A DNA stretch of 64,000 bases, taken from an uncultured Saprospiraceae bacterium. GTDB lineage: Bacteria > Bacteroidota > Bacteroidia > Chitinophagales > Saprospiraceae. Below, piece after piece: positions 28,488 to 38,179 of this stretch (positions are counted from its first letter, which is position 1; every line of letters begins with the position of its first letter). Both the position numbers and the translations under genes were made by a program. The notes beneath the pieces are model-generated. The model ran no database searches. It had not been told where the DNA came from and saw only the letters and a list, made by a program, of their open reading frames with translations. The stretch is taken from NCBI GenBank assembly GCA_938022165.1, contig CALIEI010000053.1, forward strand, positions 2,111-66,110. Reading direction: 5' to 3'.

Positions 28488-28548
28488 CCCACCTTTAAGC
28501 AAAAGAGCCAAAGTGAATTTCACATTGGCTTTTTTGCTTAAAGGTGGG
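28488..28548 (+). terminator. long hairpin (24-bp stem, one mismatch, 13-nt loop) 22 nt after the stop codon
   Basis: CCCACCTTTAAGCAAAAGAGCCAA / TTGGCTTTTTTGCTTAAAGGTGGG. No U-tract follows the hairpin, so a terminator role is inferred from position only. Confidence 0.45.
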
Positions 28549-28680
28549 CCGTGCCATCCAGTACTCCACATTCGTTTCGGTCCCTTGCTGCGCTATCGCT
28601 TGCCAGTGACTGAGGCTAAAAAAGCCTCATACTTCCTACCACTTACCCGGTCACTAAAAATGCGGTTTTAATTCCAAAAT
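28549..28680. repeat. GC-rich intergenic island
   Basis: Shares GCGCTATC and TTCGGTCC-type words with 56640-56700 and ACCCGGTCA with 14360. Confidence 0.4.
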
Positions 28681-28851
28681 AGTAACAGTTTATTTCCATT
28701 TTGATTCTTTAAGGCTCTTTTTTATAAGTCCGCCAAGTTTTTTGACAAAAAAAATTTAATGACTTTTGAAGCAGCGTTTTTGATTGTTCTATAATCTTAA
28801 GAGCATAGATTAATTTAGACTATCCCATATTATCAAAATTAAATATAGCAA

Positions 28852-31800
28852 ATGAAAAAAGTTTTACTAATCTGTATTGCGGCTATTTTTACATTTCCCT
28901 TCTCCATTAAAGCACAGCAATGTATTTCTAATGTCTTTATGGAAAATTCGGCGTGTGATTCTCTTGGTATTTATACAGGCTTTGTCACTTTTGCGCATTC
29001 GCCAAATGTGGATTCTGTATCTCTTTTTTATGATAGTAATTTTTTTGGAAATCACTCGGTGGCAAATTTACCGATCGTGCTTCATCCATTAGTTAGTGAC
29101 GATTTTATTCACCTTGTTGAGGTTGTTGATGCAAATGTCACTACTTGCAGAGATTCTTTTCAACATTTCACTAATCATCAAAGTACTGCAAATTGTAGTG
29201 CAGAGATAATTGGTGTAAGTTCATTCTGTATAGATGACGTTTTGCATATTACCCTAAACTACTCTTTTGTAGAACCATTTAGTGAACCGCATATTACAGT
29301 TAATGGTGAGTTTATAAGCAATGGAGAAGTTGGCTTAGATCTAGTACAAACATTTACTGTACCTAGTAATCCAAATGCAGTGTATGAAATCAGTCTCGCA
29401 GATGCAGAATTACCTGAGTGCTCCGATGTTACATTTCTACAAGTTAGTGATTGTCAACCAAATTGTTTATTAGGTTGGGAGCTTTATGAAGTGGCTTGTG
29501 GACCAAACAATACCTATGAAGTGGAGTTTTTTATTGATGATAATGTAGGTGCCTTTAACGCTTATATAGATGATGAGCTTTTATTAAGTGCGCCAGATGC
29601 AGACTCCACTGTTTTCTATACGATAACAAACTTAGCTTCTGATTCTCTTCCATTAAGCCATACACTAACGGTTTGCTCACAAAATGAACCAAATTGCTGT
29701 GCTACATTTGATTATACAGATCCAGTTTGTGGAAATTTTACTTGTGATTTTCCAATAGAATTTAGGAATGCAAGTACTACCTGTGTTAGCGATAGTACCT
29801 ATCTTTTAAATGCAAGTATCACATCGGCGTCTCCAAGTAATTCATATTTATTAATTGATGTTAATCAAAATGAGTACGGTCCATTCACAGGTAATCCTTC
29901 TAATCAAGGCGACTTTGTATTTATAGAGGCACTTGTGGATTCAGACATTGCTGGTCAATTTATTATTTATGATGTAGCAAATCCGGCTTGTAGCGCCACT
30001 TTCGAAGCTAGTAAGGATTGTTCTGACTTTGCAAATTGCGGTGTTGAGATTCACGGAACAGAATATGAATGTAATGCTGATGAATTATTCATAATTATAA
30101 ATTATGACTTTGTAAATCCTTTTACTGAAGGACACGTCTTTATTAATGGTGATTACTTTAGCAATTTTGATTTTGGAATAGATAAGTTTATAACTATAGT
30201 CATCCCAAATCCAATCGACAATTTTAATTATGTGATTGAAATGCGTGATGCGGAGCTACCTGTTTGTGGAGATGAAGTAACGATAACACCTAACTGCTCT
30301 AATCAAGGAGAATGCGAAATTGTATTCCTACAAATCGGTGCAACAGAATGTAATGATGCCGTAGATGGCACTTACGACTTTGATGTATTCTTTGATATTG
30401 ATAACTACAATGCAAATCTTGTTGATGTATTCGTGAATAATACCTTCTATGACGCTGTGCCATTTACAACTCAAGGGGTGTCTATCACAGGCGTAACGCC
30501 AAGAGCAAATTCTGATTTTGACATTGTTAGAATTTGTTCTCAGCTTGATGAATCGTGTTGTATGGAGCTAGAGTTCATGCCACCCAATTGTGAAGTAGAA
30601 GAATGCGGTTATGAGAATGTATTTTTAGAATATGAATGCACCGGAAACGGAGATTACTTTGTGCATATTTCTTTTGAAGCGATAAATACTTCAAACAGTT
30701 TAGATCTCTTCATTGGTCAACAATTCTATACTAGTTTTCCAAATAGTCAAAATCTTATAACTGCAGGTCCATTTCCAAATGGTACTGGAAATGTTTTTCA
30801 ATTGAGAGATGAAGCAAATCCAGATTGTACTTATTTCGGTGAATTTTTCTGGCAAGAATGTCCAGTTGTAGATCCGTGTTCAGTAGATTTTATAGAAGTA
30901 CTTACTATCGAATGTAGAAACGATGGCACTTACGATATGGATGTATTATTCGAAACGACTAATGAAAATAATAACTTCGTAGATGTATTTGTGAATGACC
31001 AATTTATAGATTTCTTCCAAAATGACGGGAACTTGTCCTTGTTGAATATCACTCCAAGGCCTGGCACCAATGATGATATCATTACTATATGCGTAAATGA
31101 CAATCCAGATTGTTGTGAAACCATCGAATACTCGCAACCCGATTGTAGTGATGTCTTATGCTATATCGAAATAGTTGACATAGCGTACAACTGCGATATA
31201 CCCGGTATTTATCAGGGAGAGATCATTATAGAATCTCAAAATACATCTGGTGTATTAAATTTATTGATTAATGGTTCGGTTGAATATACAACTCAGCCAA
31301 ATCAAACCGTAATTCCTTTTGGAGCCTTACCAGATGGTATTGTATATAATTTTGCTATCGTAGATACACAATACGACTTCTGTGCTGCAGAAGGTGAGCT
31401 ATATACTAATAACTGCTCTGAATTTTGTTCTGTTGACTTTATAGAGGTCGTATCCTCAGAATGCAATCAAGACGGCAGTTATGACTTGAATGTATCATTT
31501 GGTACTACTGGGGCAAATAATGACTTTATAGATGTATTTGTTAATGACAACTTTTTCTCTTTTGTTGACAATGGCTTGTTTACTGTAGAGAACATCACTC
31601 CAAGAGAAGGTACTGACTTTGGAATTATTACCGTATGTGTAAGTGAAAATCCAAATTGTTGTACTACAATTGATTTTATACAACCTGATTGTGAAGGGAA
31701 TACAGCTTGCGATATAATAGATATCGAAGTAGATTACGTTTGCGACAATGATTCTTTGTATGGAGCAAACATTTATTTTGTATCTGAAAACACTTCCGGT

Positions 31801-34494
31801 ACAGTTGAAGTATTAGTGGGCAACCAAAGTCAAGGATTCTTTAATGTAGATGCACAGCCTATTCAGTTAAGTGGCTTTTTAAACGGAAGTGAGCATCTCT
31901 TACTCATTAGAGATGCGCAAATTCTAGGATGTACAGAAGAATTTGAATTATTCTTTGACGATTGTTCTCCTAATCAAAATACATGTACCATCACAAATCT
32001 AGATGTAGTCGAAATCGAGTGCAATGAGGATAACACTTTTGATATGATAGCTGCATACTCTATAGCAAATGCAAACAATTCTTTAATCGATGTATTCTTA
32101 AATGGTGATTTTTTTGAATCTTATTTTATTGGGAGTAGTGTTGTAATTGAAAACATTCCATTTAGCTTAACTACTGATATCAAGACTTTGACAATATGCT
32201 TAAATGACAATCCAGATTGCTGTCAGACTATTAACTATCAGCAACCAGATTGTGGTACTGAATGTAGTATCAGAGATTTGGAAGTAGTATATGAGTGTCA
32301 ATCTGATTCTTTATACCAAGCCTTTATCACTATCACAGCAGAAAACACTGCCTCTCCAATGGTAGACGTTTCTGTAAATGGAAATTCAATCGGACTATTT
32401 AATATAAATAATCAACCTTTCTTTGTAGGAACTTTTCTCAATGGAACCGCACATTCTGTAGTTGTTAATGCAATTCAGAATATGGGTTGCTCAGATGGAA
32501 TTGACATTTTCTTTGAAGAATGTATTGTAGATCCAGAGCCTTGTTTAGTAGAGTTTATAGAAGTAGACTCTATAGATTGTAATCCTAATGGAACATATAA
32601 CTTAGATGTCTATTGGGCAACTGCAAATACCAATAACGATCTTGTTGAAATTTCAGTAAACGGAGAAACGATAGACGTATTCTTAAATAATGGGCTTACC
32701 GCCTTATTCGAGATTACACCAAGGCCAAATTCAGATTTTGATATAATAGAAATTTGTGTTCCTAATAGTCCTGATTGTTGTAGTGTATTCGAATATCTGC
32801 AACCAGATTGTTCTGATTCGAATGAGTGTGCTATCGAAGAAAGATCGGTAGAATATGAATGCTTGGGCAATGGACAATATTTGGCTTACATTTCTTTTAT
32901 AGCTGATAATACTTCTGGGATATATGGCTTAGAAATAGATGGTGAGTTTTATGACACCATTCAGCAAACAAGTGCTGTCATAGAAGTAGGGCCTTTTGAG
33001 AATGGATCATTTCATGGCTACTATCTTTTTGATTTTGAAGATCGAAATTGTGGTGTAGATGGAGATATTTTTACACAAGAGTGCACTGGAGATTCAGAGC
33101 CTTGTGCTATTGAACATATAGAAGTTGAATCTTTAGTTTGTAATTCAGACGGAACCTATAATATAGATGTCTTTTGGGAAAGTGCAAATACCAATAGCGA
33201 TCTGGTAGAAATTTCAGTGAATGGTATAACAATAGACGTATTCTTAAATAATGGATTTACTACCCTATTCGAGATTACGCCAAGGAGTAATTCTGATTTT
33301 GATATTATTGAAATCTGTGTTCCTAATAGTCCAAATTGTTGTAATGCAATCGAATATTTGCAGTCAGTTTGTGAAGATATTCCGGATGATTGTACATTAT
33401 CAGATCTTGAAGTAGAGATCGATTGTGATGAGAATACAGGCTTAATTTTCCCAGCCCTATTCTTTGACTACGATCCTAGTTCTGTGGATGAAGTAATTGT
33501 AAATGTAAATGGGATCAATATTGGATTTTTTGATCCAAATATTCAACCTATAGAGTTAGATCAATTCATGAGCAATAGTTCAGCCGATTGGACATTTACT
33601 GTAACTAGTGCAACGGATTCACTATGCTTTGTCAGCACTGTTATTGAAGATCTTGAATGTGGAGGTGAATGTTTAATCGGAGCATTAGATGTAAGTACTG
33701 AATGTGAAAATGATGGAACAGTATTTTTCATTATCGACTTCTTTGCTAACAATACCAGCGGTCAAGTAGGTATAGTGGGTAATGGAAATCAATATGGTAA
33801 TTACAATGTTGATGATCTACCTATAACCTTAGGGCCTTTTGCTGCAGATGAAAATGATATCTGGGAGTTTGTGGTGTTTGATTTAAATGATGATGCCTGT
33901 AGTGAGGTTGCGGAACTGGACGATGTGCTTTGCGATGATTTAGCTGAACTGGAATGTGTAATTGAAGAATTTGAAGTAACTAATATCAACTGCATAGGCT
34001 CGAATGAATATTCAATGGTATTAGATTTTGAAGTAGCAAGTAACGGCCCTATTCCATTTACTTTGTTTCACAATGGACAATTGATGAACAGTGCAAATAC
34101 AGGTGCTTTACCTTTAAATCTAATCGGCTTGATAGCAAATGACTCTACAGAAATAGAGGTAATTACTATATGCCTAGATGGTTTGGCAGGTGAATGTTGC
34201 TTTGATTTCACCTATGAAACGCCAGCTTGCTTATTTGATGCGGTGGATGAGACACTTCTAGAAGGTGTGGATCTTAGTCCTAATCCTACTAGAGATGTTA
34301 TCAATATCAATCACATACCACAAGAGGTTATTGGATTGAATATTATAGATAATCTTGGTCGATCAATGACTCGGTTAAATGCGAGAGAGAATATGCAGTT
34401 GGATGTGTCGCGTTACCCAGAAGGTATTTACATGGTACAATTCTATACGCAGGATAACAGAGTGATGAGTAAGCGATTTATAAAAATGAACTAG
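28852..34494 (+). CDS. giant secreted/cell-surface T9SS cargo protein made of 19 tandem Cys-framed ~94-aa modules
   Basis: Signal peptide MKKVLLICIAAIFTFPFSIKAQQ. There are 19 modules, each opening with C-x(10-12)-C. Eight of them contain a CC doublet. T9SS type-A C-terminal sorting domain at aa 1808-1880 (LSPNPTRDVININ..GIYMVQFYTQDNRVMSKRFIKMN; nt 34273-34491). Confidence 0.9.
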   Translation: MKKVLLICIAAIFTFPFSIKAQQCISNVFMENSACDSLGIYTGFVTFAHSPNVDSVSLFYDSNFFGNHSVANLPIVLHPLVSDDFIHLVEVVDANVTTCRDSFQHFTNHQSTANCSAEIIGVSSFCIDDVLHITLNYSFVEPFSEPHITVNGEFISNGEVGLDLVQTFTVPSNPNAVYEISLADAELPECSDVTFLQVSDCQPNCLLGWELYEVACGPNNTYEVEFFIDDNVGAFNAYIDDELLLSAPDADSTVFYTITNLASDSLPLSHTLTVCSQNEPNCCATFDYTDPVCGNFTCDFPIEFRNASTTCVSDSTYLLNASITSASPSNSYLLIDVNQNEYGPFTGNPSNQGDFVFIEALVDSDIAGQFIIYDVANPACSATFEASKDCSDFANCGVEIHGTEYECNADELFIIINYDFVNPFTEGHVFINGDYFSNFDFGIDKFITIVIPNPIDNFNYVIEMRDAELPVCGDEVTITPNCSNQGECEIVFLQIGATECNDAVDGTYDFDVFFDIDNYNANLVDVFVNNTFYDAVPFTTQGVSITGVTPRANSDFDIVRICSQLDESCCMELEFMPPNCEVEECGYENVFLEYECTGNGDYFVHISFEAINTSNSLDLFIGQQFYTSFPNSQNLITAGPFPNGTGNVFQLRDEANPDCTYFGEFFWQECPVVDPCSVDFIEVLTIECRNDGTYDMDVLFETTNENNNFVDVFVNDQFIDFFQNDGNLSLLNITPRPGTNDDIITICVNDNPDCCETIEYSQPDCSDVLCYIEIVDIAYNCDIPGIYQGEIIIESQNTSGVLNLLINGSVEYTTQPNQTVIPFGALPDGIVYNFAIVDTQYDFCAAEGELYTNNCSEFCSVDFIEVVSSECNQDGSYDLNVSFGTTGANNDFIDVFVNDNFFSFVDNGLFTVENITPREGTDFGIITVCVSENPNCCTTIDFIQPDCEGNTACDIIDIEVDYVCDNDSLYGANIYFVSENTSGTVEVLVGNQSQGFFNVDAQPIQLSGFLNGSEHLLLIRDAQILGCTEEFELFFDDCSPNQNTCTITNLDVVEIECNEDNTFDMIAAYSIANANNSLIDVFLNGDFFESYFIGSSVVIENIPFSLTTDIKTLTICLNDNPDCCQTINYQQPDCGTECSIRDLEVVYECQSDSLYQAFITITAENTASPMVDVSVNGNSIGLFNINNQPFFVGTFLNGTAHSVVVNAIQNMGCSDGIDIFFEECIVDPEPCLVEFIEVDSIDCNPNGTYNLDVYWATANTNNDLVEISVNGETIDVFLNNGLTALFEITPRPNSDFDIIEICVPNSPDCCSVFEYLQPDCSDSNECAIEERSVEYECLGNGQYLAYISFIADNTSGIYGLEIDGEFYDTIQQTSAVIEVGPFENGSFHGYYLFDFEDRNCGVDGDIFTQECTGDSEPCAIEHIEVESLVCNSDGTYNIDVFWESANTNSDLVEISVNGITIDVFLNNGFTTLFEITPRSNSDFDIIEICVPNSPNCCNAIEYLQSVCEDIPDDCTLSDLEVEIDCDENTGLIFPALFFDYDPSSVDEVIVNVNGINIGFFDPNIQPIELDQFMSNSSADWTFTVTSATDSLCFVSTVIEDLECGGECLIGALDVSTECENDGTVFFIIDFFANNTSGQVGIVGNGNQYGNYNVDDLPITLGPFAADENDIWEFVVFDLNDDACSEVAELDDVLCDDLAELECVIEEFEVTNINCIGSNEYSMVLDFEVASNGPIPFTLFHNGQLMNSANTGALPLNLIGLIANDSTEIEVITICLDGLAGECCFDFTYETPACLFDAVDETLLEGVDLSPNPTRDVININHIPQEVIGLNIIDNLGRSMTRLNARENMQLDVSRYPEGIYMVQFYTQDNRVMSKRFIKMN

Positions 34495-34507
34495 AGCGAG
34501 AATTGTT

Positions 34508-34561
34508 GAATCGGTGATTCGGTGAATCGGTGATTTGGTGAATCGGTGATTTGGTGATTTG
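34508..34561. repeat. tandem repeat, 16-bp unit GAATCGGTGATTYGGT x3.4
   Basis: Read directly from the sequence; it begins 14 nt after the stop of the giant gene. Confidence 0.9.
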
Positions 34562-34651
34562 CAAAATCATGACAAATGGCCAACAAGAATAAACTATCTA
34601 GTTTCGGAAAACCTTTGCGTCAAGGATAGTAAGGAAGCTACGTTAGTAGCT

Positions 34652-34703
34652 GTCTAACAAAAAGGCCAGATTGAGTTTTTTCAATCTGGCCTTTTTGTTA
34701 GAC
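34652..34703. terminator. bidirectional intrinsic terminator, perfect 23-bp inverted repeat
   Basis: GTCTAACAAAAAGGCCAGATTGA-GTTTTT-TCAATCTGGCCTTTTTGTTAGAC, lying between convergent genes. An A-run and a T-run sit inside the arms. Confidence 0.75.
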
Positions 34704-34751
34704 GGGAGCGAAGCGGACTCCTGAATAGCCTGCCCGGACGCCCAAAAAAAA

Positions 34752-35588
34752 CTACTTTTCAATCACAATCTTTTGTGTAAGAAATTCTTTTCCATCTGTT
34801 ATAGTCATGAAGTATATTCCAGCTGATAAATCATCAATAAAGAAGGGAATAGAATTCTGACCTGATTGAAGATTAATAGCTTGTTCTGCATATACTTTAC
34901 CAAGCATATCCACTATCATAACATTTACGTCTTTTGCAGATTCCGCTTGAATATTTAATTGAACAAAATCATTGGCTGGATTTGGGCTCAAGCTTGCTTC
35001 CAAAGTTTTTTCTAAAGCATTAGTAGAAGAAATGGTTTCACAAGTACCAGCTTCATCCACATGAATAAAGTATGATTCATTGGGTGCACCAATATCTTGT
35101 GGATAACGAATTTCTGCTCCAATAGGAAAAAAGAAATTAAAAGCTCTTAATCTTATCGTAAGGTCGTATGTCTCTGCTGGGTTAGTATCCGCTACATCAC
35201 CAGTGATCACGAAGCAAGCTACAGTCTCCGGCAAGAAAACACAAGTTGGTGGATTACAAGCATAATCTAATCCCTCTGGCAAGCCATCAATCGCGCCCTC
35301 CAAGTCAATAGTAATAGAATCTATGGCAAAATTTTGGCCGGCAAGTGTAATAGATGAAGGTACCATCGTGGTAAATACTTGCTCATAAAAGGAACCTACA
35401 CAAGTAGAGTCAATTCCACCAGTAAGCTCAACAGAATTGTATGGCTCCGGAAGTATTATGGAAGTGTCTGCTGTAATAGCCTCGGGTATACACACTGGAT
35501 CCTGTGCTTGCGCATTGAATATGAATGCTAGACTAAAAATCAGTATCGTAAATGTTTTGTGCATCATTTTTTTAATTTTAAGTTTCAT
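34752..35588 (-). CDS. T9SS C-terminal sorting domain-containing secreted protein
   Basis: Signal MKLKIKKMMHKTFTILIFSLAFIFNAQAQ from the ATG at 35588. CTD LSPNPANDFVQLNI..GIYFMTITDGKEFLTQKIVIEK. Confidence 0.8.
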   Translation of the reverse strand: MKLKIKKMMHKTFTILIFSLAFIFNAQAQDPVCIPEAITADTSIILPEPYNSVELTGGIDSTCVGSFYEQVFTTMVPSSITLAGQNFAIDSITIDLEGAIDGLPEGLDYACNPPTCVFLPETVACFVITGDVADTNPAETYDLTIRLRAFNFFFPIGAEIRYPQDIGAPNESYFIHVDEAGTCETISSTNALEKTLEASLSPNPANDFVQLNIQAESAKDVNVMIVDMLGKVYAEQAINLQSGQNSIPFFIDDLSAGIYFMTITDGKEFLTQKIVIEK

Positions 35589-35714
35589 TAGTTGATGACT
35601 ATCGTAAAAAAACAAAAGTAACACTATTGAATCAGTTTAACATAGAAAAGCAGATATATTAGCTATTTTAGCCATAAATCTGTCAAATTTAATAGTAAAA
35701 TTAGGTATTCCTAA

Positions 35715-38033
35715 ATGCAAAAACTTGCTGAAATAAGTATGAAATATACCCCCATTGTAAGACTAAGTACTATAATGTTCTTCTATATTTTCCAGATTGT
35801 CTTTGCATCGAAATTGTATGCACAAGTAGAAAACATTTCAGGAACTATTCTATCATCTGATACAAATGAGCCCCTGATCGGGGTGACACTACGCACCAAA
35901 AATACGGCAGTGATAAGCGACATTAATGGGGCGTTTTCGCTTGAGAATGTCTACCCTAATGATACGCTGATTTTATCCTATGTAGGTTACAACTCTCTGA
36001 GGATACCATTGGCTCAGCAAAACGGACTGCGGGATCTGGATATCAAAATGACTCCTTCCGAAAATTTGTTGGAGACGGCAACAGTCACTAGTGGAAAATA
36101 CGATAAAGCAATTGGTGAGATCACTGTCTCGATGGAGATCTTGAAACCAAAGCTCATAGAGGATACCAATACGAAGAGCCTAGATCAGGTATTAGAAAAG
36201 GTGCCGGGTGTAACTATTATAGATGGACAAGCCAATATAAGAGGTGGCTCTGGCTATTCCTTTGGAGCGGGAAGTAGGGTTTTGTTGCTCTTAGATGATA
36301 TCCCTGCGCTTACATCAGATTCAGGCAGTCCAAACTGGGATGATATACCTATAGAACTTACTAATCAGATAGAAGTCCTAAAAGGTGCCTCTTCTGCTCT
36401 ATTTGGCTCCAGCGCAATGAATGGTATTATAAACTTGAGGACTGACTTTGCTAAGGAAGCACCTGAAACGAAAATTGCCTCATTCATCACATTCTATGAT
36501 GCACCAAAGGACAAAGCCAAGCACTGGTGGGCGGAAGATAGGGATACTATTCCATTAGACTATGCTACTTATGTAACTCATAAACAAAAGTTTGGCAATT
36601 TGGAATTTGTGGGTTCAGTATTTTTAAGGAGGAATCAAGAATGGAATAAAGGCAGTTTTGCAAACTATCAAAGAGGCAGCATAGGGCTCAGATATAAAGC
36701 AAATAAAAACTGGACTTTTGGTATAAATGGAAATGTTCGACAAGGGCAAAGTGGATCATTTATCTTTTGGGCAAATGCTGACAGCTTAGCCTTAGTACCA
36801 AGTCAAGGGTCTTCAACATTTTCTGATCAAACTAGATTTATTGTAGATCCTTATATCCAATATTCAGATGAGAATGGAAACAAACATAAGATTCAAGGAA
36901 GAATATATGATGTAGACAATGAGCTCACACTCAATCAATCAAATGCATCAACCCTCTATTATGGAGAATATCAATATCAAAAAAGGTTTTTACAATCTAA
37001 TCTGGTTTTAACAGGGGGATTAGTAGGATCATACACTATAGCTGAAGCCGAACTATTCAGTAATAGTAGATTTACCTCAAATAATCTGGCAGCTTATATC
37101 CAAGCAGATAAAGAGTTTTTTGACAAACTCAATGTTTCATTGGGTTTGCGCTATGAGCAGAATGAAATCAACGCACCAGACTCTATACCCATAAACAATG
37201 AAAACATGGCTGCTGGTTCGGAAAGTGAAGCTAGGCCTGTATTCAGATTAGGCGCTAATTATGAATTAGGTAAGAAAACTTTCTTGCGGGCAAGTTTTGG
37301 GCAAGGCTTCCGTTTTCCGACTATTGCCGAAAAGTATATCAGTACTCAAGTTGGATTTAATATATCTCCAAATTTAGATTTAAAGTCAGAGTCGGGCTGG
37401 TCTGCTGAAATTGGATTAAAACAGAGTATAACAATTGGTGAGTTTAATGGCATAATAGATGTGGCCTTATTCCAAACTGAGTATCAAAACATGCTTGAGT
37501 TTGCTTTTAGCAATGTTTTTGCGATAGGATTTCAATCACAGAATATCGGAAACACAGTGATTCGTGGAGTAGATTTAAGCATATCTGGTGGTGGTAATTT
37601 ATTTTCAAAACTACCAATAAATGTCTTACTTGGGTATACTTATTTGGAACCTAGATTTAAAGAGTTTGGAGAATTCGAAATGCGAAATAGCACATCTGAT
37701 CGCAATATTTTGAAATATCGTTTTCAACATACAGCTAAGATTGATTTGGCTACAAACTTCGACAATTTTAATATTGGAATAGCTGGTTTTATATATTCGA
37801 ATATGGAAGCCATAGATACATTATTTGAGCTTTTTATTCCTGGTTTAGCTGAGTATAGAGCTGCAAACAATACACCATTTTCGTATTGGAATATCAGGGC
37901 AAGTTTTAATCTTTTTAAAGATGTAAAAGGAAGTATATTATTGAATAATATATTCAATACAGAGTATAGATTAAGGCCAGCTATGATAGAGCAGACCAGA
38001 AATCTAAGTTTTAGGCTTGATTATTCTTTCTAA
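35715..38033 (+). CDS. TonB-dependent receptor (CarboxypepD_reg + plug + beta-barrel)
   Basis: ISGTILSSDTNEPLIGVTLR..INGAFSL (CarboxypepD_reg). Plug region LDQVLEKVPGVTIIDGQANIRGGSGYSFGAGSRVLLLLDDIP. Terminal RLDYSF with a C-terminal Phe. An alternative ATG lies at 35739. Confidence 0.9.
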   Translation: MQKLAEISMKYTPIVRLSTIMFFYIFQIVFASKLYAQVENISGTILSSDTNEPLIGVTLRTKNTAVISDINGAFSLENVYPNDTLILSYVGYNSLRIPLAQQNGLRDLDIKMTPSENLLETATVTSGKYDKAIGEITVSMEILKPKLIEDTNTKSLDQVLEKVPGVTIIDGQANIRGGSGYSFGAGSRVLLLLDDIPALTSDSGSPNWDDIPIELTNQIEVLKGASSALFGSSAMNGIINLRTDFAKEAPETKIASFITFYDAPKDKAKHWWAEDRDTIPLDYATYVTHKQKFGNLEFVGSVFLRRNQEWNKGSFANYQRGSIGLRYKANKNWTFGINGNVRQGQSGSFIFWANADSLALVPSQGSSTFSDQTRFIVDPYIQYSDENGNKHKIQGRIYDVDNELTLNQSNASTLYYGEYQYQKRFLQSNLVLTGGLVGSYTIAEAELFSNSRFTSNNLAAYIQADKEFFDKLNVSLGLRYEQNEINAPDSIPINNENMAAGSESEARPVFRLGANYELGKKTFLRASFGQGFRFPTIAEKYISTQVGFNISPNLDLKSESGWSAEIGLKQSITIGEFNGIIDVALFQTEYQNMLEFAFSNVFAIGFQSQNIGNTVIRGVDLSISGGGNLFSKLPINVLLGYTYLEPRFKEFGEFEMRNSTSDRNILKYRFQHTAKIDLATNFDNFNIGIAGFIYSNMEAIDTLFELFIPGLAEYRAANNTPFSYWNIRASFNLFKDVKGSILLNNIFNTEYRLRPAMIEQTRNLSFRLDYSF

Positions 38034-38179
38034 AGCAGCTAAAAATACTGGGTATTTAGATATTTTAACATTTTGATATTATAGCTTTAAATATTCTTAA
38101 CCTTATACACGTTTACCTTTAAGTATGCTACTTCGTTATACACACGTATAATTGATTAAATTTAAAAACCACCTAGATT

